A stretch of DNA of 64,000 nucleotides from contig OZ287754.1 in the NCBI GenBank assembly GCA_965649765.1, positions 16,244,001 to 16,308,000 on the forward strand. The letters run 5' to 3'. Both the position numbers and the translations under genes were made by a program. Shown here in pieces: positions 12,801 to 24,800 of this stretch; position 1 is the stretch's first letter; every line of letters begins with the position of its first letter. Origin of the DNA: Bispira polyomma. Its lineage: Eukaryota. The notes below the pieces were generated by a model. That model made no database searches. It saw only the letters and a list, made by a program, of their open reading frames with translations, and was not told the origin of the DNA.

Positions 12801-15800
12801 TAATATAAACTATAAACAAATCACAGTGCAGAGTAGGTCATGTTACATTCCAGAATAACAAAAACATGTTTACAACCCTATGTTATGGAATAGCCTCCCC
12901 AGTTGAGCTTTGATCACTAGAAACACCATCTGGGTTAAAGATATTAAATCCTATCCCTCCTAGCTTGATTACCCCCCCCCCCCCCTTAGTTTTCTCCCTG
13001 TACATCCCCACACCTTTCTTTACGACATGGCTATGTTTTTTGGACTTATGGTTCGTTTAATTGATTCTGTTGTTGCACTTTGGTAAGATGTCTTGCATCA
13101 ATTTATAAAAATGCAAAATACAGTACATTATAAAACCTCTCTGAACCTGAAATGTTAATAGTTGTCTAATATACATGCACAACATTGTAGAAATGCATCC
13201 TCTTCAGGTCCTGATGTAAAGGTTTCCTAAGCACTTCAATCTGCACTAGGTCCCTTAAAACTTTTAAAAGGGAGTAATGAAACCAAAAATAAACATAAAA
13301 TCAATCTACATTTTCATTAGAAAAATATTTGATTAAAAATGCTATTAAAAATAGTAAAAAATTAGCTTATACAATATTTAAATAAAGTTCCTGGAATCAC
13401 ATAACTATGATATATATTTATGTTGTACATTGTGTAGAAACTTATATGTATTACACAAACTAATTTCTACCCCCCCCCCCCCCCCCTTCCTCTCCTCAAA
13501 ACAATACCTGACCTGCAGAATAATTCCAGATAATTCGAATGAACCTCTTGCACTGCAAACTGTGCCTGCATGGTTTCATTGTATGTGTCTTGACAGGAAA
13601 CAAGGCCAGCGTAATATAAGTCTTCATCTTGACAGGCTGAATATACACAGGTTTCGATGTATGGCATTATTAAACTACAGTAGTCCGTTTTTACAATGTG
13701 TTCTTATCCAGAGTATTTACTACATCAACCAACTAAGACACAACACATAACCACAAATACAGTTTACACCCCCAGCCTGGGCTCTTCCAATTGTCAACTA
13801 GTTGTCCAGTCTCGGCTCCCTCAGATAGCATACTAGCTGTGCTGCCATATACAGCGCACAAAGACTAACACCCATTAGCGGACAGGTACCCATTTATACA
13901 CCTAGGTACAGAAGTTACAACTTTGTGTAAAGTACCTTGTCCAAGGGTACAATCTCCAGGCTTGCAGCGAAGATCGAACCAGGGCTCTCATATCACACAC
14001 ATTAGCATTGCGCTTCACAATCACTGGTCTCTCACCTCTGGGCAGTGTGAGTTTGAATCTCGTCGATGCCTATGTGGGAAAGGTGGTAGTTCCTTACTGT
14101 AGGCCACTGGTTTCAGTGCAGAACCTTCAACAACTGAATGCAGTGTTTCCTCCAGCGTTTCCAACTACCCATCGCAATATAACCTAAACAGGTACTAGAG
14201 TAGACGTTAAATATCCAAATTCAAATTCAAATCCATCTCCAGCTATAGCCGTAATCATAGCACTATGTTTGCAGTAGAATTATGTATTGATTGTCATCAC
14301 AATGTATTTTTATTTTAACATTGCTGTGAACAACCGTGTATTATTATTACATGGCAACTGGGCAGTTTCTTTGTGGATGAAAGTAGTACAGAGTAGTGGG
14401 TCAAGGGTTTTTGCACTACAAACTACCAACCTTCAGCAAGTCTATGGCCAAATATCCCACATATATGCTATGGCCGATAATTGAACCCCTCTGCAGCAGA
14501 GTAAGAATGTTATCTATCTACCACAGATGCCCCCTCTGTGACTGCTAGGTAGACCCATCGGGGGTAGTGAGTTCAGTGCAGACCTTAAACTCTCTTACTA
14601 AAACCATTCTGGTTCAATGACCTTTGCGTTTTATTGGATGGCAGTTGGCCTAGATTCTATAGCTATTCCCGCCAAAAGCCATAAAACCTCACTTTAATTT
14701 AAGAAATTGAAAGGGCAGAACGCCATTTTAGAAACTTGCAAATTTTCTTTAAAGTTATTTTACACTTTATTTTTATTCTTTTATTTTATGTTTGTGTGCT
14801 ATTTTACAAGTAACCGAGTCTTCAGATATGTTGTAGTCATGGAATGCAGGCTGTCTGGATTAAAAAAGTGAACTTGCTGGCACCTGACTGGAGTGATTTG
14901 TCAAAATATCTTTGACATATGCGAATTTTGCTCCTCTTTTAGGGCTATGGTTGAGGGATGTCATTAATTTGATTTGAAATTTACTAAAATTGTTTTCTAG
15001 AAAGTTTACAACCTCAACCAGTAAAATCCGCATATACCAAAGATCTTTGTGCTTATATTTGCAGAAAAATGGCACCTCGTGCTACATATGATTGTAGAGC
15101 TTGCAAAACAAGCCATAGAAAACCGATAAATGACAATTGTCCTTTTGTAAATGAACCTGAAATTACTGAACAAAGTGACACTTCTAGTTCGGCGATAAAT
15201 TTACACATATTGGAAGAACTTAAGAGGCTGAATGGACGAATTTTGTCCATTGAAAAACGTGTGGAGCAGACAGAGAACAGTCAAATTGCCATTGCTGCTG
15301 CAGCCAACGCTGTATCAACAGCTCCAGTGACCCATCCTGTGGCTGCAGCCAAAATAAACAAAAGTTTGGTTTTATTCCTCTAGGAAATCTTAAGATACCT
15401 GATGTGGTTAACGCCAGAATTGCACAAAGTTGTCAAAAGTCAAAATTGCCCAAATTTCCTGGGGGCCCAGATACCAGTGGTCTCTCAACTACAGGTCAAT
15501 GAATGGGAAAAATTATTAGACAATTACTGGGATAATCAATTGATGCATCTCATTAAATTCGGCTTTCCCCTAGACTTTAATAGAGCTTGTCCTCTAGAAA
15601 ATAAGGGAGTAAATCATAGCTCTGCAACTTTGTTCGAAAATGATGTGAAAGCTTATCTTAAAGAAGAAAAAGAATTTGGTGCAATAATTGGACCATTCAA
15701 AGAACCCCCACTATCTGAATTACATATCTCTCCCTTCATGACTCGGCCTAAACCGGATGCTAAGCACCGTAGAGTAATAATTGACTTAAGTTGCCCACAA

Positions 15801-18800
15801 GGCCAAGCAGTCAACTCAGCTATAAATAGAGATCAGTATTTAGATACTCCTTTTATTCTCACGCTTCCCATAGTAGATGACATTACTCGGAATATTATCA
15901 AATTAGGTAAAGGAGCATTATTATACAAGTTAGGCTATCGCCATGGCAGTGCAATATTTCAAAGACTCAGTGACGCGATTCGGTTTATGATGACGTCACA
16001 AGGTCATGACGTCATAAACTATATAGATGACATCATTGGTTACGGCCTTTCAGACACAATTGGCGACTCATTTGAAAAACTAAAAGAACTCTTCCAAAAA
16101 TTAGGATTTGCCATTAGTCAGAAAAAAGAAGTTCCACCTCGTACCAAAGTAATATGTCTAGGGGTTCTAGTGAATACAGAGGATTTTACTTTGTCCATAC
16201 CAGAAACTAAACTCACTGAGATAAAGCAAATATGTCATTCATGGACTAATAAAAAAGCATGCACCAAAAAAGAGCTTCAATCGCTACTTGGTTCATTATT
16301 ATATATCTCCAAATGTGTCAAAACTTCACGAGCTTATCTTAATAGAATGCTAGACACCCTAAGGGGTTCACAAAATACTCAGGAAATTAAGCTTGATATA
16401 ACATTTCATCAGGACCTCAATTGGTTCAACACTTTTCTCACAAGCTTTAATGGCATGGCTTTCTTTGAACATAGACTGGTAACAGATCAGGTACACCTAG
16501 ACGCATGTTTGCAAGGCCTAGGTGCTTGCTGTAATAATGAAGTTTATACCAAAGAAATTCCGCTTGGCTATAGAAATTACACCATAGTCCATCTCGAAAT
16601 GATTAATATCTTAGTTGCAATCAGAAATTGGAAAAATCAATGGGCTGGACGCAAATTGCTTGTACATTGTGACAGTGTATCTATTCTAAATTCAGGAAAG
16701 ACATATGATCTTACTCTGGCAGCAATGACCAGAAACATTTTTATGGAAGCTGCAAAGGCACACATAGAGTTAAGAACTATACATATCCTAGGTAAAAGAA
16801 ACGTTACAGCTGACTTACTCTCCAGATGGGCTATTACCCCTAATAATGAAGCAAAATTAAATGAATTAATGCAAAATCCTACTTGGATAGAGGTCAACGA
16901 TGACCTCCTAGAGGTAAAGTGGTCAATTTAGCTTTATAAATTTTTCAGGCTCTGCAACCTGGGTGTCAAAGCTTGCAGAAAGAGCAGTCAATAGAGCACA
17001 TCAGGCTTTTCGCCCTTCTACACAAAAGCATACGCAGCCATGTTCAAAGTATTTTTAGCTTACTGCTGTTTTGCTAACATCTCAATTTACAATATTACCC
17101 CCACATCAGTGCTAGCCTTTCTAGAAGTATTAGTAGTGAACAACACGTCACATACTTCTGTTTCAAATTACCTCGCCGCCATTAAGGCTAGTATGTCATT
17201 GTAGGGTCTCCAAATTACTGCTTTTGCAGAGCAAAGAATTAAATATTTTCAAAAAGCTCTGGTTCTAAACAAACCATTCAAAGCCAAAATTAATGGCATT
17301 ATAGACATTGATTTATTGCAAAACATAGCCACCATCTGTGATTCCATGTATATGGGGCAAATTTACAAGGCAGCCTATCTGCTTGCCTTCTTCTCTTTCC
17401 TCAGAATCTCTAACTTAGTCCCCCACTCTCAAGCTACTTATTCACCATTGCACCAGTTAGCTAGGGCTGACATTATCTTCGCCCCTCCAGGTGCCCATAT
17501 AATCATAAAATGGACAAAAACTTTACAAGCTAGAGACACAATAAAAGTCATTAAAATTCCATCACTGCAAAATAAAACCATATGCCCAGTTACAGCCCTC
17601 AAAAATTTGCTGGCAATGACACCAGGCAGTAAGAACACCCCATTGTTCCAAATTAAAACTAATTCTCGGTGGATAACCCTTACTGACAGCAAAATACGTA
17701 GAAATCTTAAGGATATCTTGAGCAGACTAAACAAAACGCAAGCTAATATCACATTCCATACTTTTCGGCGCTCTGGTGCAACAATGGCCTTTAACGCCCA
17801 TGTTCCTCTTCAAGACATTCAAAGTCAGGGCATTTGGTCTTCTGAGTGTGTGTGGAGATATATCACTCAGGACCATGCTGCCTCTGACCAGGTAGCCCTA
17901 GCTCTCCAATCCCTTCTTAACCCTATTTCTACTTCCTAGTTGGGCCTTGGTGGTTATTGTCTTTGTTTTTACTATGATTTTTATGCTATAATTTGTAAAA
18001 TTTATTATATACTTAAAGCCACCTTATAGTCAAAACATTTCGTAACCTTAACTAGACAGATGTAAGGCTAAGGCCAGCAGAAATCATGTAATTCGTTAAG
18101 GTTACCTTAAATTTTGGTAAAGTTAAACTTAAACTTAAAGTTACATTAACCTTAAACTTAGTCGACACAAAGTCGCTCTTAAGATGAACTTAGACTAAGC
18201 TCTTAAAATGTTTTTCTTTTAAGGTGGCCTCAATTATCTTAGCAAAATTTTAACCAATTGTAACTATATGTGTAGGAATAGATTAAATATATATATCCCA
18301 ACTGCTAGTCTTTCTTGCAAGGTCAATTTCTTAAAAACTCAAGGTCAGGGCACTGTGCTAGGTAGACCCATCGGGGGTAGTGAGTTCAGTGCAGACCTTA
18401 AACTCTCTTACTAAAACCATTCTGCTTCAATGACCTTTGCATTTTATTGGATGGCAGTTGGCCTAGATTCTATAGCTATTCCCGCCAAAAGCCATAAAAC
18501 CTCACTTTAATTTAAGAAAGGGCAGAACGCCATTTTAGAAACTTGCAAATTTTCTTTAAACCCCACCCTCAGCCCCAACTTCACCTGTGTGGGCTCTTTC
18601 TTCTTCGCACCGGGAGCTCATATTTTCAACAGGAAGGCCTCTGTCTGGGCCACTTTACACCTCAGGCGCAGGGGCGGTGATGGTCTTAGGGTCGGGTCTT
18701 TGACCAGCAAGCAACATGGCTCTGCTGCAGGCTTTCATCCCGACAGTCCAGTATGGTCCTTTCAGGATCTTTCCTGTTTGTCTCCATCACTAATTACTGG

Positions 18801-21800
18801 GTAACACCAGGGTTCCTAGGAACCACTCTTATTTTAGAATTTAGCCCAGGCAGGTGTGGTCTGAATTCCACTTCATCAAATGTGTGTCAATTTATTGTTG
18901 TCAATTATTGTGTTTATATAAAATTGTCATTAATGGATGTATGAATGTATACAAAGTGTTAACAGTTAGTATGTTAGTTTCAGTTCAAGTCGAGGTCATT
19001 GACAACGGTATCAAAAAATGGCCAAGCAGCATGACAAGCAAGCATGACAGCAACCAAGCAAGACATGCAAGCCAAGCAACCAAGCAACCAAGCAGCTTCC
19101 TCTATTTATTATTGTATATTATACACTAAATTCCTTACTACACATATATTGACTTATACATGTACGGATCGCTAAACTTGATGTTAAGGGCTGAAATTTT
19201 CAGCCATTTAAGGCTTAGTGAGCTTTGAGATGGTGCCTTGGACTTTAAAGACATTGCAATATACACCCTTATTTTTATATACAGGTTTTTAGTATTTAGC
19301 TAGTTAGTGTATCTGTACTTTTACTTACATGGTTACTGTCTTTTTAATGTGGTTATTGTCTTTGTTTTTACTATGATTTTTATGCTATAATTTGTAAAAT
19401 TTATTATATACTTAAGGCCACCTTATAGTCAAAACATTTCGTAACATTAACTAGACAAATGTAAGGCTAAGGCCAGCAGAATTCATGTAATTCGTTAAGG
19501 TTACCTTAAATTTTGGTAAAATTAAACTTAAACTTAAAGTTACGTTAACCTTAAACTTAGTCGATGCAAAGTCACTCTTAAGGTGAACTTAGACTAAGCT
19601 CTTAAAAAAATTTTCTTTTAAGGTGGCCTCAATTATCTTAATAGATTAAATATATATATCCCAACTGCAAGGTCAATTTCTTACAAACTCAAGGTCAGGG
19701 CATTGTTCAAATAATTTCCTATGTTCCTTTGTTTACTTTACATACAGCACCCATCAATCTGAATCTAGTTGGGTTTTTAAAATTAATCATTTTCTTTGTT
19801 AACTTTGCAAAAAGTCAAAGATAGTTGAGGCTGACCTTAATCTCCCTCGTTTTAATTACTTAAACCCAATGAAGCTACGGTGGCACTTCATTCACTTATT
19901 GAATAATTCTGTAGATCTATTAACATAAAAAAAAATAATAATAACATTTCAAATTGTACTCTTTAAATACTGTGTTATCTGCAACATCAAGGTCACACTG
20001 AAGGCCACTGTTTACATATAGAACCCATCAATTTCAGTTTAGTTGGGTTTTATCTTGCTTTCAACAGCTTAGGTTATATTGCGATGGCCACATTTAAAAA
20101 ATGCAAGAAATCAGTGCTGAAGCACTGTGTAAACTACCAGTCCATGGCAAGTACCTGACAAAGTTTTTCCCACATAAAGGAACGAACGGGATTTGAACCC
20201 ACATTTGGTGAGAGGAGAAGTGACACTTTTAACCACAAGGCCACCAAGGCCCGTATAGCACTCACAAAGTCCTAATGTCCATTTTGTGTATACCAAGACC
20301 AAGACTTGTTAAGTGGTCATCCCGGACAATGTGTATACCTATCTTTAACCTGGATATAAGACCAGATCTTGTGCATCTCAAATAGAGTGATTTAGTAACT
20401 AGGATGCAAGGCCGAAAAATAATATAAATATAGCAGTGACAATGGCAATGTAGAGTTACCCTGTCCAGTGCATATTTTACTGTAACTCCACCATTTAGTG
20501 TGCATCATGGCCTTCATTACATAAATATACCACATGGCCATTGAGACTTACCTTGTCCAGTGCAAATTTCACTATAACTCCACAATTTAGTGTGCATCAT
20601 GGCCTTCACTACATAAATATACCACATGGCCATTGAGACTTACCTTGTCCAGTGCAAATTTCACTATAACTCCACCATTTAGTATGTATCATGGCCTCCA
20701 CCTCCGCCTTTGTGCTGGCATTGCATTTTTTCCCCTCTACCAAGGCCTTCTTCAAACACTTTGTGTACGTTTTGGTTATTCTCTTGGCATTCCTACAGAT
20801 CATAACAGTTACACACACCAATTGCAAATTTATCATACTAATGAATGCCGTATTAAGAAGGCGTCTGTGCAACAGAACACAGCTTTTAGTGATGTCACGA
20901 AAAATTATCTTATGGCATGACTCTCAGTTACCAAACAGATAATGTCAGAAAAATGACGGCTTGTTTATGAAGAAAAAAATGTTTTTTTTAAATTTTTTTG
21001 TTCATGCTCATTGTTAAACATAATGTGTTCCATACCCATATTTTTTATGGTTTTTTGTAGTGCAATACTTTCCTACCCTGATATTTTCAGACATAATATG
21101 ACATCAATCATCTGCCCAATTGAGCTCTCTATTATTAGTGTACGCTTGCAAATGCGACTCTCGGCTTGTGTTAAGAAAGTCAACCCTGGACCTCATGGCG
21201 AAAGTACACAGGAAACTAGACCGAATAATCTGTCTCTGTTTAGCGAGATTCCTTACTGATATTTTGACGATGGAATACACGAAATGGGACATAAGTAAAG
21301 CGTTTGAAATTTAGTGTGACATAAATGGCTGACAGAGCTGTGTCAATATATGTGATTATATCGGCATGAAATAACAGAAAATCGGCTACTATATCAAATA
21401 TAAGCAATGAGGGGATGTATTTATTTTGAACTGATCCTATCTAATATATATGCCGATTTTGGAAGCCGCTCTGTTGCCAATCGGCTACATCTGACTAAAA
21501 AGCCATTATTCGCGACAGAATACTCGGTTTGTTCATCTATACAAGGTCATTTGGTATTAATTTTTTTTTGTCTTATCCTATTGATTAAAAAAAATTTAAA
21601 AATCGGACCAAGAAACTTTTGGCCTTCAAAATTATATACCATGGCAGATCTTCCACAGAAATAAAGATGTGTACATGCCAACATCCACTTTAGACATTTT
21701 TTTTACAAAAAGGTCACCACATCAATGTCAAAAGCTCTTATGACTTAGCTAAGACAATAGTCTTGCGTTTAACACTGGTCTTAGCAAAAGTTCAGTCTAA

Positions 21801-24800
21801 GACTCAAGACCTTTTGTGAATCTGGCCCCAAAGCCGAGCCAACATTGTGTTGCACTCTTGAGCAAGAAAAGAAGTAGCTTTTACTCCAGATATTGAACCG
21901 AGCTGTGTTTACCATTTTTAAGAGAGTTCAGTTATTATTTAGTCAAGTTTTAAATGGAATACAGTGGGTATATTCATCTTGGACCCATCTCTTTACTCTC
22001 ACTTACCCTCCATAGACATCTTTCTTCTCCACATCCCTCCCGAACCACAAATTTTCTTTAGAAACGAACCATGATTTTACCAACTTTGTCAATGATGTTG
22101 TGCTTTAGAAGATGCCTGGCATCAGTTAGACGAGTTAAAAGTATATCAATGTCAAAGCTCTAATGCCATGTACTGTATTTTTTTTATTAGATGAATGCTA
22201 TGATACATGTAGCATACAGTTATGCCGTCGTCATACTGAGCACGTCCATGTTACGTTTAAAATTTCGTAAACATAAGAAAACGGAAATAAACAAAGTGAA
22301 AATTTATGGAAATGTAGCAAAAAAACAATGGTTGGGCCGTTTTGTACACGTTCTGTACACATATGTACACATTTGTACACGCATTTAACATATTTTATTA
22401 GCCGTTTCAATTATCTTTGGACTGTTAGCCACATTTTAAAATATGTTACCTACATTTTTAAACACATTTCAATCTCGTTCTCTTTAGTTTAAATATTATT
22501 TGAATGTATAGTACGTTTAACTCCTTTAAATCATATACACATTGAATATGTGCCATACGTTACCCGCAAGCGCACCAACTGTTTGAGGAAAATTGTACGA
22601 AATTTGAGACGTTCACAGGCGTTTTCCTTATTAAGGGTCATCTTACTCACGCATGCTTAAGTGTGCTTACGTTTACTTAAGTATACTATGTTCACTACGC
22701 AAATGCTTACATTTCACCTTACCATCTTTTGTCCATAATCAAAACCTAAGCCCAGTGGGACCATGGCATTATTGTTAGATATGTAAACTTCAGTCTATGT
22801 TTAGTATTAGGTTCACAGGAGTCAACATATCACCGAGAAAACAAAAAACTTACTGGCACAGATCTTTTCCGACAGAAGTTTGCAGCTTTTCAATGTTGGA
22901 AATGTATCTGGCCTCGCATTGGTTCTTTTTGCTGATGTATTTTCCTGGCTTGTTACATGCTTTCAAAGGAAAGTATAAAAATATGTTAAAATATGGAAGC
23001 TCTGGCAAACTTTACTGATAATTATAGTAATATAACACGTTTTTTCAGGCCTCATTGGTTTTTAGTTCACTGTTTTTTATGCCCAAGGGCTTTTCTGATT
23101 TATTTTTTTGGGGCTGCTGAAACCCCATAATGCCATACAAAATCATGTGATTGTACCATTGTAGAAAGATGGATAATTTATTTATTATAGTGACATGTAC
23201 ATATTAAAATACAATAGCATAATTTCAAAATAATTTAAAACAAAGATGTACCCAGCCCCACATAGACTTATATGTCACTATTCCACAACTAGTGTGAATA
23301 CAATTACATATTTAATAATCAACAACTACAAATAGAATATGCTATATCTTCGATTTTTAGAAAAACAAGATTCTTTATAAAATAACTAATACTGATTTTC
23401 GATTTTCCAAAGAAGAAACTAGGTATTTTGACAGCTGTTTCTGATAATTTTAATTAATATATCAAAATTGATCATCATAAGTCATATTTACGAATGTAGA
23501 ACATGTAACAGATATAATACTAAACCCTTTTTGTCTCGACAAATTGTAGATAACATAATTTACATAGTCGTTGTTCTATTTTTAATGGCTGTAGCCACCT
23601 GAAACTGTATGATTAATTATGGTAAATGACATTGTTTTAACTTCTATAGCGCAACAATCGACGGCCAGGAATCCTCTGTGGCACAAATCCCAATCAGTAT
23701 GCAAAAGAATAGTCTGACACGAGAAAATGTTCGTGATCAGAATTCAGTTGTGACTAGGAGACAAATGTTAAGGCGAATTGATACAGATGTGTTTTGAGCT
23801 TGCTTTTTCCTAAAGCCTGTAATCCTTGTCCCTGCAGCCAGTTTTTTTGGGGAAAAACTACACATAGAGGGACGAATTCGTCTGGTAAGATAGATAGTAG
23901 ACAGTATAGATGATAAGTAGGAAGGTTACTGCACATAGACAGTTTTAAAAATACCTTGACTTTTATCTTGAATTTAATATGGAACTTAGTAGGCAGATAG
24001 TGCAATTTTGTAAGCAAAGGTGGCATGTGAGTTCTTTTGAAATTGTTAAGCTTGTCTATTTGCCCTTGTCAAATTACTTTCAGTAGTGAGTTACAGTAAT
24101 CAAGTAGACTTGCCACTGGGGCATTTGCAACTGCAACAGCATTTTCGATACTTAGGTGCTACAATGCTGCAGTAGCAAGATCGACAGATGTTTCAAACAT
24201 GTTTCTTGAAGGAGAAATCAGAGTCAAAAGTGACTCCCAGGATCTTGTCACTGTCAACAGGAAAGGTGCTGTTACCACAGAGTTGCTGGAAAGAACTTTA
24301 AAACCTTTTTCCTCTTATGTTTGGAGCTAATAACTAGAAATTCTGTTTTGTAATAATTCATTAATGATTCAATTGATATGAGGTATTAGAACGCTGTTTC
24401 AGGACCAGATAGCTGGTGCGAGGATATTACTTTTCCATGTAGAGTTGTGTACAGTGAAAACATCAGGGGTCGGAAGACAGAACCCTGTGTGACAGGAGAT
24501 CGAAAGGAGGCTGCTTGGCTCTGCTTACACTGATGATTTAATCACGGTGGTCTAAATAAGATTCATGGATGTGATTGATGGACAAGTGCTTATTTATTTG
24601 AAGTGCAACAGCCAGTCCATAAGATCAAGTAATATCAATTGTGAAGACACATGAACACACATAGGTTATCATATAACAACTTTATTTTAAAACACTGATT
24701 TGGGTAAAACACTGACATGTTAAAACATTCATATTAGTACTACTGTTAGCACGTTAGTTGTTAGCTATACACTTTATTACAACAGTTGAGGAGAATTTGA

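Larger units (their letters stand above)
14543..19705 (+). mobile_element. Ngaro-like tyrosine-recombinase retrotransposon with split direct repeats (element 1), internally deleted; antisense in intron 3 of the host gene
   Basis: A1 14543-14753 matches A2 18356-18560, and B1 17950-18355 matches B2 19349-19705. Order is A1-gag-RT/RNaseH-YR-B1-A2-spacer-B2. No methyltransferase follows RNase H. Confidence 0.93.

Noticed and set aside
15920-15940. The 34-codon RT deletion in element 1 as a spliced-out cryptic intron
   Set aside because: The deleted sequence of this family is not available, so GT..AG boundaries cannot be shown. An ordinary deletion explains it equally well.
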